Positions 52,686-64,000 of a stretch of DNA of 64,000 bases are shown here, in pieces. The notes under the pieces were generated by a model. That model was given only the letters and a program-made list of their open reading frames with translations, searched no databases and was not told where the DNA came from. Origin of the DNA: the human T2T-CHM13v2.0 reference genome, Homo sapiens; the NCBI RefSeq assembly GCF_009914755.1, contig NC_060936.1; one strand, written 5' to 3'. Each line of letters opens with the position of its first letter. The first letter of the stretch is position 1. Both the position numbers and the translations under genes were made by a program.

Positions 52686-53065
52686 ACTTGCATTTAATTT
52701 GCATTTATTTAAATACGTCAGGGCAGGAACACTAGTATTAGCAAACTGAAAGTAAACAAAGATTCCTAAAAAGAGTTAACATAGATATCACATGTTTAAA
52801 AACATTATTCCTAAGTATCTGAGTCTGTGTAATCAAGGACAATTAACAAATATTAGTAGCTTAATTGTGTTCCCAGATTCACAGAAATCTAAGTTGCCTG
52901 TGGAAATTCCCAGAGTTCTGGGAGCAGCAGCTCTCCCAGTACTGGGGGAACCCCGGCCAGCACAGCACATCTGGGGTAGAGCCTGAGAAGAGGAGAGGGG
53001 AAGTGGGGCGGCCATCAGCTCTGGAAGTTTTAAAACAGGGGTTCCTCAAAGTCTAGTCAGCCCAG
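52686..53065 (+). promoter_or_regulatory. Candidate immune-type promoter/enhancer
   Basis: ATTTGCAT 52697-52704, GGAAATTCCC 52902-52911, GGGGAACCCC 52945-52954, AGAGGGGAAGTG 52994-53005, GGGGCGG 53005-53011, donor CAG|GTGAGT at 53065/53066. Confidence 0.45.
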
Positions 53066-53534
53066 GTGAGTTGGATGGATGGGTGACAGCAGTGGCTGGA
53101 AGGAAGGAAGGATCTGGGGTCCCATTAAGAACCAAGAAACTTAAGAAAGTACTTCTCTCAAGAGAGATGTGTTTTGGGGAAAAGGAGAACAGAATAGGGG
53201 ATGTGGGATGCAACTGTCCTATCCCAATCCCCTGCCCCAAATTGGTACTTTTTCAAAGGTGGTAAAGGCTATGATGAACTAGCACTAAATAAAGCAGCAT
53301 GAAATCAACAATGGGATCCTTAAAAGGCACAGGGACAGGGAAAAGGTAAATAAAAAGGGAACTGTTTCTATGGGTTCACTCCCCACAACAACCAAAGCAG
53401 TCATACAGAGCTTGGCCAATCCTGCGGGTTTATTCATTTGTTATGTGTACTTGATTAGATCTGCTTTTTATTTTTGCTAATTGCTTTTCATGCACATCCA
53501 GTTTCCCTACCTTCTTTTTCTCTTTTTAAACCAG

Positions 53535-53680
53535 CCCCGACCTCAGTCAGGATCCCAGAGGCTGGTGAGACAGGAGAGTGCTGAGGACAGACTGGGCTAA
53601 GGGACTGAAGGAAGAGCCACACTGCCCTCTGGGAGCTGCGAGGGCTTTGTTTCAAGTCTCCTGCTTTGAAGTCTGATTTG
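53535..53680 (+). other. Candidate non-coding exon (146 nt)
   Basis: Long pyrimidine tract and CAG acceptor, TTG|GTGAGT donor, no ATG, stops in all three frames. Confidence 0.4.
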
Positions 53681-53699
53681 GTGAGTACTATATTCTCCT

Positions 53700-54170
53700 A
53701 AAATGAGCCAGAACAAGGAACCGGGGATCAGAGGAGGGACAGGAAACATGTGATTGTACCCTGCAAGATATGTGGGACAATGGAAGCCAGTCTGTGTGGC
53801 GAGATGGTCAAAGGCCAGGGAGAGACTGGCAGGAGGTTTGTGAAGGAGTGCAGAGCGGGCTGTGGAGGGCTCTTAGTAGAAGCACATTTGGATCAAAGGT
53901 GTGGTATCATGAGATCCTCATTTTGGACGGATCACTCTGCTTTGTGGAAGAGGCCAGAAGCCTGGATTTAGGTGGGTTATTGAATGGGACGAAAGAATGG
54001 AGGGAAGGGGGAAGCTGGTTCCAGAAATGTCCAGGAGGCAAATTAGATGGGACCTGTGGTTGAATGAATGTGAAAATGAGAACAGGAGTTAAGGATAACA
54101 TCCAGTTTTCTAGGTTGAATAACTCGGTGGTTGCTGAAGCTACTAACCTAGAAGGATACACACGGTGGAG
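53700..54170 (-). mobile_element. L2 fragment
   Basis: ggatcactctgctttgtggaagagg...ccagttttctaggttgaataactcggtgg. Confidence 0.65.
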
Positions 54171-54284
54171 AGGGTTTGAGGATGGATGATGGCAAACAGA
54201 AATTGGAGGGGGAAGTGGCTGTGAGACAGAGAGTACTCCAAATGTGGGCCTCAAGCAAGCTGGTAGAGTGGACCAGACCTGCGT

Positions 54285-54450
54285 AAGAACATCTGCATTC
54301 TCTGCTGGCTGCTAATGTTCAATAACTGTGTGACCACAGGGATTCTCTCAACCATTTGGAACCTGTTTCTTCATTTATAAAATGAGACAATTGACCTACA
54401 GGTTTGTTATTAGGATTAAATGAGAATGTGTGTAAAATCATTCTTAAACT
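54285..54450 (+). mobile_element. MIR
   Basis: aactgtgtgacc...tttcttcatttataaaatgag...aggattaaatgaga. Confidence 0.8.
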
Positions 54451-55330
54451 CTGAATCTTTAATTAAATTTCTCTCTTTCTCTCTCCCTTCCACCCTCCTT
54501 CCATTCATCAAACATTTTGTGCTATTTCAAGCCAGGCACCAGAGATAAAGAAGTGGACAGTGACTCTCACTGGGGTTAATACAGTCATCAGGGTCTGGTG
54601 TCCTAAACTTGGCTTTTCAATTGAGAAACATTTAATCTGCTCATCAAAGAAAAAGTTTTTGAGCCACTATCATATGCTTGGTTCTAAAATAGAAACTCTT
54701 AATACTGCAGTTGTTTTCCTCAAGGACCTCAAAGTTCAGGGTGCAGAAAATAAAACATATGAGGGGCAAAGAGATGATTATTTAATATTACTATTTTAAA
54801 TAATTATTCACAATGGAACTAAACTGGGCTCATGGGGGATCAACATACCTTAACAAAATGTCCAGCAGATTGAGCCATTGTACCCTTGTCTAAAGCTCCT
54901 TACGCCAAGTATACAGAGGTTTTCAATCCGGATGGTCTATTGATGGATCAAAGCTCCTCGATGGATACCATCTATTATTGAACAAATATTTACTGAATAC
55001 ATATTCTGTGCCAGGTATTCTATTAAGAGCAGGATACTCTTTTCAATGATCTCTAATATTCCCCAAAAGTCTACACTGACTCTTTATGAATGAACTGTAC
55101 TTTGTGAACTTGTTTTATGAAGACTACTACAGTACAGTCTGCTATAGAAATTTTCAGTCTTGCCAGATTATTTCTGGAGTATTTCTCAAATGGAAGTAAA
55201 CTTTTGGTGTGTTGTTATTAATTTCTAAAAATACTTCAATTTTTTCCCCAAATGACATTCTTCTCTATCTGTAGTATAGGAGCAAAGATATCAATGTCCA
55301 AGAGAGAAGATAAGAAGTATAAGCATTATT

Positions 55331-55598
55331 GGCCAGGTGCGGTGGCTCACGCCAGTAATCCCAACACTCTGGGAGGCTGAGGCAGATGGATCACCTGAGT
55401 TCAGGAGTTCAAGACCAGCCTGGCCAACATGGTGAAACCCCGTCTCTACTAAAAATACAAAATTAACTGGGCGCGGTGGTGGTTGTCTGTAATCCTAGCT
55501 ACTCGAGAGGCTGAGGCAGGAGAATAGCTTGAACCCGGGAGGCAGAGGTTGCAGTGAGCCAAGATCGTGCCACTTCATCTCAAAAAAAAAAAAAAAAG
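55331..55598 (+). mobile_element. Alu (AluS) with a 3' internal deletion
   Basis: TSD gtataagc(a/g)ttat. Confidence 0.93.
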
Positions 55599-55903
55599 AG
55601 GTATAAGCGTTATCTTCTTTAGGTGGGGATACACATTCCACATTCCTCTCTAAACACATGTACATACACACAGATGAAGAATAGCTCATAGGGAAAAATA
55701 ACCCTTGAAAACCTTCATCTCCTTCACAATCCAATATTTGTAATTCTCAATAATGTATGATTTGCACATCTTTGGTGTTTCATAAATGTTCATTGTGAAT
55801 GGAATCTGGTCCAGTAAGTACCTACCTGGATATGAAACTAAAGAAAGTAAATTAACATATAAATCATCCTTGAGATCTGCCTAGAATTTGCTAATATATA
55901 TAG

Positions 55904-56256
<353 letters not shown>

Positions 56257-56464
56257 CGCATTATTTTAAATAACAAAAATCTCATGGTGTAAATACTAAC
56301 TGAGCAACATGAGAAAGCACATAGGGTAAGGTGGCAAATACGCTTGATGAATAAAATGAAATGACTGTAAGCAGTATTTTCAAAAAGTTCATCTCAGATC
56401 AGCAAGGCAATTTTATTCTATTATGTACATCTTAAAAACTATCATAATTCAGAAGAAATATATC

Positions 56465-56657
56465 TTTTAATTGAATTTGTTTTTATAGATTTAGGGGGTA
56501 CAGGTGCAGATTTCTTACAGGCATATATTGCATGATGGCGAAGTCTAGTCTTTTAGTGTAGCCATCACCTGAACAGTGAACATTGTACTCAATAGGTAAT
56601 TTCTCATTCTTCAACCCTCTTCTACCCTCCCATCTTTTGTAGTCCCTGGTGTCTACT
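56465..56657 (-). mobile_element. L1 3' end (L1PB/L1MA-like)
   Basis: tttagggggtacaggtgcag...ccatcacctgaacagtgaacattgtactcaataggtaattt. Confidence 0.85.
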
Positions 56658-57222
56658 GAAATATGTTTTTTGATAGAAAAATGATAAGCAGAAACAAAAA
56701 AAAATCCATAATCCATAGTCCCATCTCTCAGAGAGCAACACTGACATACCAATACACAGTGAAGGCATACTATTTTCCATAAAAGAATGATCACACCATA
56801 CATACTAGTCTATAATCTGCCTTTTCCACTTAAATATGTCCTGAATATCCTTTCATACTACTTTATCTCTACATCTTTATTTTTTGACAGCTGCATAATT
56901 TTTCACTTTATGGATATACCATCATTTTTCCCTAGCTGTTACATCCTGAAACAAGCTCTCTGATGGCATCTTAAAATGTAAAGTTAAAACAGGTATTAAA
57001 ATAACTCAGTAATTAATTTAGCAATGGACCTTTAAAGTATATATGGAATCATTTTACATTTAAAAACAAAATTCGATAATGTGACATTAAAGTACATAAT
57101 GCCTGTAGAGTTGCAATTTTTATGATGCAGAGCTCAAGCCTAAATTCATTCAGAACAGACATGACTGCTTTTAAGTAATGCATTTCTTTTAAGAGGAAAT
57201 GTCATTTCAAGTTTGTTGAAGA

Positions 57223-57237
57223 CTGCCATCTAGTGCC
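57223..57237 (-). promoter_or_regulatory. CTCF-like core motif
   Basis: Minus strand GGCACTAGATGGCAG, one mismatch to GCCACTAGATGGCAG. Confidence 0.45.
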
Positions 57238-58261
57238 TCCTTTCTTCCTGTTGGATGTGGGAAGATTTCTGTGAGCAAGTCGGTTTAAGCATATTCTATA
57301 TTTAACTATCTGGACTCATTAACTCAGGTTTTTATATACCAGTAATCTTTTTCAGCTTGTATGTCATTCTTATGGTGCCAGCTGTGGCGATAAGGAAATC
57401 GATTGTACTGTTTCAGCTGTCTTAGAGAAAAAGTGAGGCACAGACTTAAAGAAGTAGTCATTTATCTTCCTTTGCTGACCTATGCAATTAAACATGACCC
57501 TCAAAACAAGACCAATTAACTCCTTTGTGGTGACATAATCTCTGGAACAGATGCATCAATAATGGCAACATATCACTTCACCAGTCTTCATGTTTAAGAT
57601 GAGCATTGTGGCATTGGGAAATTCTGCTCGGGATGGTAAAGCTGAAAGATTGTGTCATCAGCTAAACAGCACAGACTCTGAAATGAAAGATCTGCAGAGG
57701 ACACCTGCTATTGACTAGATAGTCACTAAGTGACCCCCGGCACTTCTTTGTGAATCAATTCGAAATCAATGTCCCAGCGTGATGTTAGGTGGCACTGTGC
57801 TAATGGACAAGTAAACTTTCAAGAAAAGCAAGGCAAAGCCTTATAGGCTCATTAGCCAATCTGAATTGGAATAGTGCATGACACCTGAGCGGTTATGACC
57901 GCCTACCTGAATTACCCTAGATGTTTCAATTAGATATAGCTCCCTTCCTTGAGTCAAAAATTATTTAAGTTTCACTGTGCACTGTTAAACAATTGTCATA
58001 CTCCATGCTTAAGTAACTACCTTCCAAATGGAGTATGAAGTAATTTTGTGATAAAATTCACAGGAGTCCTGAAGTATGAAAGCAGCTGAACTGGTTTTAG
58101 ATAAAATTCCATCTGGCAGCTCAACTGATCAAGGCATTTGTTTGATTTCAACAGCTCACAGAATTATGATTAGGCAATTTTGAATGGCACCCATATTTCT
58201 CTTTCTAGAAAACACCTAGTTTATTCATAAGTAAAAAAAATCCTTTAGGAAAGTTCTTTCA

Positions 58262-58671
<410 letters not shown>

Positions 58672-59920
58672 TTAAAATATCCAATCAAAATAAAGAATAG
58701 AATATTTAGCCTTATTTTAAAGTAACTATATTGTATATCTGCTAGATTATTTTTACAAGCATTTACATATTAATGTCAACAATAACTCAGTTTAATTTAC
58801 TATGCAATAGTTTGTGTGAATTTAACTTTGACCCAAAGGTTGTCTTAACACATACAAAACGTTTAGTTTTCTAGGCTTTATTACACAAATCCCCTCAAAT
58901 TGCCTGTCAAATTCTGCCTTTATCCAGCCACTGAGAAACAGAGACTAAAATTTACCCTATTTGAACTGTGAAAGGAGGTAAACATAATGAATGGTAACTT
59001 TTTTCATGTGTTAATATTATAAAAGAAAAAAACGCAAATATTTTGGACTGCTGTATATCATAGATTTGGTATGAGTTTCAGAGTAAAAAAAAAGATCAGT
59101 AAACTGGTTTTATGAAGAGGTATTACAGGAATAAAATTACAGGCTTTGTCTCCTCCAAGAGAATACAAAAAGAAGCTAAAAACCAAAATAATTGAAACCA
59201 GCCTACAGAAGGGTGACACCATCCAGCACAAACCCAGGCTGTGTTTAAAGCTGGTGAGGGGTGGATCCTAGCCTCAGTCTGCAGGCAGTTTTGGGGTTGG
59301 TCTTGTCTGAGGAAGCAGATGAACTCCCTGGTCCCAGGCCTTGGGCTTGGAAAGCAGCAGGGATTGTGATGACTTTTCAGACCCACCTGATGGACGGGAG
59401 CTTACGCTTGTTTTTATGATGCAGGAGTATGAACCCCTAAGAGGAATTCAGGTGTCCTGGGTGTTTTGGTACTGATATTAACATACAGCCTCATGAAAGT
59501 CATTTACTATCACTGTGCATCAAAGAGCTCATTTGCTATAGAGGCCAATCATCTTTTCTCCCCATTTCAGAGGTACCTGTATGAGTACATGCCCCAGTCC
59601 TGCCCCACTACATAGTGAAGTCTTGAAGGACAAAGACTGTGGGTTACATCTTTCACTTTCCTTTTCTTTTCCTTTTACCCATCAGCCCCTTTCTTGTGAT
59701 ATAAAGGACTATGTCTATATTATATTTCTTCAGTAAGTATTTGTTGAATGAACAAATGAATGAATGAGAGAGAAATTTTAAGTGTAAACAATTTGGGCAG
59801 ATTTCACAATACAATTAACCTTGAAAGATATATAAACATTTGCAGATTTAAAAAAATTATTAATATCCCAGATGATCTTCATCTCTACTTTGGAACATTT
59901 AAGCACAGGAACATTGTTTA

Positions 59921-60253
<333 letters not shown>

Positions 60254-60334
60254 TTAAAAATACTTGTTTTTAAAATAACGTGCTTATAGCCCACATTTTG
60301 AAAAACCTGAGAATGGCATAAAAAAATAAAATCA

Positions 60335-60621
60335 AGGCTCAAGCTTGTAATTCTAGCTCTTTGGAAGGCTGGGGTAGAAGGGTCATTTGAGTCTAGGAGT
60401 TTGTGACCAGCCTGGGCAATAAAGTGAGACCTCATCTCTACAAATATATATATATAAAATCAGCAAGGCATGGTGGCATGCCCCTGTAGTCCCAGCTACT
60501 TGGTAGGCTGAGGTAGGAGGCCTACTTGAGCCCAGGAAGTCGAGGCCACAAGTGAGCCATGACAGCACCACTGCATTCCAGTCTGGGCAACAGAGCAAGA
60601 CTCTGTCTCAAAGGAAAAAAA
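60335..60621 (+). mobile_element. AluJ
   Basis: J-type sense Alu. Confidence 0.9.
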
Positions 60622-61339
60622 ATTTTAATAAAATCATACCCATTCCTATTCTAACCACCAGGAAGTAAATCACTACTAACATTTTGCAAATACAAAATCT
60701 TACATAGAGTTAGTAGGTCACCCATGCAGAGCATCGAACCCAAAGCACATAGATTTCCTTAGATCCAGGCTACGGTCCTCAGTTTCTTGTATGTTTAAAA
60801 AATTTTTTTTTAAATCAGTTAATCCAGTGAGTTCCTTGGGCACTGGAGGAGTGTTTCAGCCTAAACAAACTTAGCGGTTTCTGATCGCTAATCAGACTGT
60901 ACTCACTTACACTAAAACATTTAACGGCTAAATAAATAAAATGCTCTGTGGAGTAGTTGACTTGAGAAACGAGAGCAATATCTGAGGGCTGCTTTAAAAT
61001 ATTAGAGCAAAATAACAGAATTACTTCAATGGGCATTGCCATCAAGCCAGGACCACTACAAGATGTGCTTGCCAAATAGACCAACAGACAAGGAGAAGTC
61101 CACATGAGACAATTCTGCGCTGGGCTGCTTTAGAGGCATACTCACAAACTCCTATTTATTCTTCTCTTTATTGACTCTATGTGGCCAACTGCAATTCGGA
61201 TTATACCATCAGTTCTCTTTAACTCACAGGAGTTAAGGTTTTAGCTTCTACAAAGAGGCGACTTAAACATTATTCCCAAAGATTGGCAGAGAAAGTATTT
61301 TATTCTAAGATAAAAGAAAGGAAAAGGAAAGTATGATTC

Positions 61340-61617
61340 TTTTTGTATTATTATTATTATTATTATTTTGGGACAGGGTCTCACTCTGTTGCCCAGGCTG
61401 GAGTGCAGTGGCAAGATTTCACTTCACTACGGCCTCCATCTCCCAGGCTCAATCAATCCTCCAATGCTGCCACACTCAGCTAGTTTTTGTATTTTTTGCA
61501 GAGGTGGGATTTTGCCATCTTGCCCAGGCTGGTCTCAAACTCCTGGGCTCAAGTGATCCACCCGCCTTGGCCTCCCAAAATGGTAGGATTAAAAGGCATG
61601 AGCCACCGCACCAGGCT
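61340..61617 (-). mobile_element. AluJ with internal deletion
   Basis: J-type antisense Alu. Confidence 0.88.
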
Positions 61618-61866
61618 GAGCAATAATTCTTTAAAATTATTATGTGTGGCAGTGTATGCATCATCATGAAGTTCTCTAACATAGCCAAGGAAGTGGTAAT
61701 ATTGTCTAAATTTAGGACTGAGAAGAAAAATGTACTATTATTTCTTTCTCAGCATTTGTGTAGACTTCTCCTGTCTGTGGTTTTCAAGCTGTGTTCAAGG
61801 AACCAGGAACCCCACCTGGCTGGAAGGAGAAAAGGGAGCTGAGGGATGGGGTTATGGTCACTGGCT

Positions 61867-62040
61867 TAGGGTTGTCAGGTTAAATACAGGATGCCCAGTA
61901 AAACCTAAATTTCAGATAGACAACCAATAATTTCTTGGGGACGTGCAATATTTCAGACACACATATACTAAAAGCTTATTCATTATTTACCTGAAATTCA
62001 AATTTAACTAGGTATCTTGTGTGTGTTTATAAATATAGCT
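61867..62040. mobile_element. MER53 palindromic MITE
   Basis: tagggttgtcag...aaatacaggatgcccagt...aatttcagata / tacctgaaattcaaatttaactaggtatcttgt. Confidence 0.8.
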
Positions 62041-62356
62041 GCCTTATGACAAACTCCTTTCCACCTCCCAACAAAAGCAATCCTACTTTCCATGCTAAGC
62101 TTCCAGATAATCTTGTGTTTGAGAAAAGCATTCAGCAACAAAAAAAAGTTTGAAAACCACTTTGCTATACAAATATGGGCAACACTCTGAACCCCACTGT
62201 CTGTGGACTTTCCATCAACAAAGCAAATTGTGTCTGGTTATTGTGAAAATTAATTAAAGCTTGTAAAGCGCTTTGAAATTGGCATGTTCAGCCACATATG
62301 CTACAAAATATTTATCACACACCAGACTGCCTGAAAACATTCTGATTGCTCAGTGA

Positions 62357-62371
62357 ACAACTAGATGGCAG
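62357..62371 (+). promoter_or_regulatory. CTCF-like core motif
   Basis: ACAACTAGATGGCAG. Confidence 0.35.
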
Positions 62372-63195
62372 AAATTCTCAAAGATGTTAAATCACAATTT
62401 TAATATCACCATATTGAAAAATCACATATTAAAACAGACCCTTCCAACCTAAGAAGGCAGAACATTTCAACCTAAGAAGTGAGTTTACCTTCAAAAAACA
62501 AACGAATAAACATGATTTGCTTTTAAAAGTACAGTATTTATACCATTGTGGAGGTTTTCTTCAACTGAATCATAAGTTTTGTTGTTGCTGTTTTTTTTAA
62601 GCAGGAGTTCAAAACATAACAATCAGGAAATGAAGAAAATAGTTCATCTCCTATGAGACTATTGTCTGCTATTTCTGCTTGGTAAAGCTTTTTTTTTTTT
62701 TTAAGATTAAAAAAAAGTTTTATGAAAACAAAACAGAGATACCAACACAATAAAACACATCTGGAGGCCACTTGGTGACATTCAGGCTTCTTTTTTTTTT
62801 TTCAACCATTAGCTTTCATGGAAAGCTCTTACAGTACTAAAGCAAATGTCATAAAAGCATAATATTCATTACATAATGTTGTCTAAACACTTGAGGCTGA
62901 AATTCAAACCTGGCAGTGAAACTAAAGAGTAAATAAGTTCAGATTGTAACAACATAACAATGAAAAGACACAAGTGTAAACACCTGGTAGGTTGGCCAGG
63001 TAAATGCCATATTTATGAAGGAACACAGAGAGCTGTTACTTAGAACCTTAAGGCCAGCCACAGAAAAGACAGGATTACAATAAAAGTTGTCATAATTCAT
63101 ATGTTATTTCTGATTTAAACTGATTTACAAAGGTGGCAATCAGTCCCTAAGAGTACAGTTAATCTTATAGCCAAATAGAAAGACGTGCAATTTGG

Positions 63196-63511
<316 letters not shown>

Positions 63512-63579
63512 TCACTAAGCATAACGCTTGTCTAATGTTTCCTGCCTTTGTATATACTTTTCCTTCTGCCTAAACTAGC

Positions 63580-63908
63580 CCATTCTGCTATTCTGATAAT
63601 GACTTGGCCAAACTCCTATTTAGTCATTAAGACCTAGCTCAATAATCTCTTCCTCTTTGAAGCCTCCCTTAATAGTCCACATAGAACAAATAACTTCAGG
63701 CTTTGCCTCTGTGCTACTGCTATATCCAGCACATTTCTCTATTCCTGCCTTTACAACAACATATTGCCAGTAAGTGCTTACATGCCTTCCTCCCTTACAA
63801 AACACTGCACTCTTGAAAAACTGAACCACTCCTATGTAATGTTTGTATTCCCAGAACCTACCATAATGCCTGTCAAACCACAGGCACTCAGTAAAGGTGT
63901 GTTGAAAG
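63580..63908 (+). mobile_element. L2 3' fragment
   Basis: tctcttcctctttgaagcctccct...tttgtattcccagaacctaccataatgcctg...caggcactcagtaaa. Confidence 0.7.
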
Positions 63909-64000
63909 GAAAACCATGCCACCAAATTGAAATAAAAATGGGAAAGCTTAACATTAAATGGTTAACATGCATTTGTAAGTGCAATTTCTCCTTACTTTTC

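Noticed and set aside
57356-57431. Plus-strand exon-like segment encoding LVCHSYGASCGDKEIDCTVSAVLEK
   Set aside because: Weak donor (AAA|gtgagg), unrecognised peptide and no flanking coding exons
60815-61105. 96-aa minus-strand ORF in unique DNA
   Set aside because: No recognisable domain; length is compatible with chance
62605-62681. Plus-strand exon-like segment after ttttttaagcag
   Set aside because: Stops in all frames and a weak donor

Overview
Primate (very probably human) non-coding genomic DNA, either a large intron or an intergenic interval. I cannot name the locus from the sequence. About 60 Alu/FLAM/FRAM/FAM copies (roughly a quarter of the window) are interspersed with MIR, L2 and old L1 fragments, solo LTRs (MER21-type, MLT1A0, an old MLT1), DNA-transposon fossils (Tigger1/2a/4b, MER1B, MER3, MER5, MER33, MER53, MER81) and microsatellites. 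I found no protein-coding exon, structural RNA gene, CpG island or CRISPR-like array. The supplied ORFs are Alu/LTR read-throughs or chance ORFs. I see no new multi-gene system. The most interesting signals are: (i) an octamer/NF-kB/PU.1/GC-box cluster followed by a donor and a well-defined ATG-free exon at 52.7-53.7 kb, a candidate immune-type promoter of a non-coding or alternative 5'UTR transcript; (ii) several templated-insertion or template-switch scars in and near Alus, one apparently copied from 2.3 kb away; (iii) a candidate 12-nt minus-strand microexon; (iv) CTCF-like motifs and a tail-to-tail inverted Alu pair. Repeat names and boundaries come from remembered consensus sequences and are approximate.
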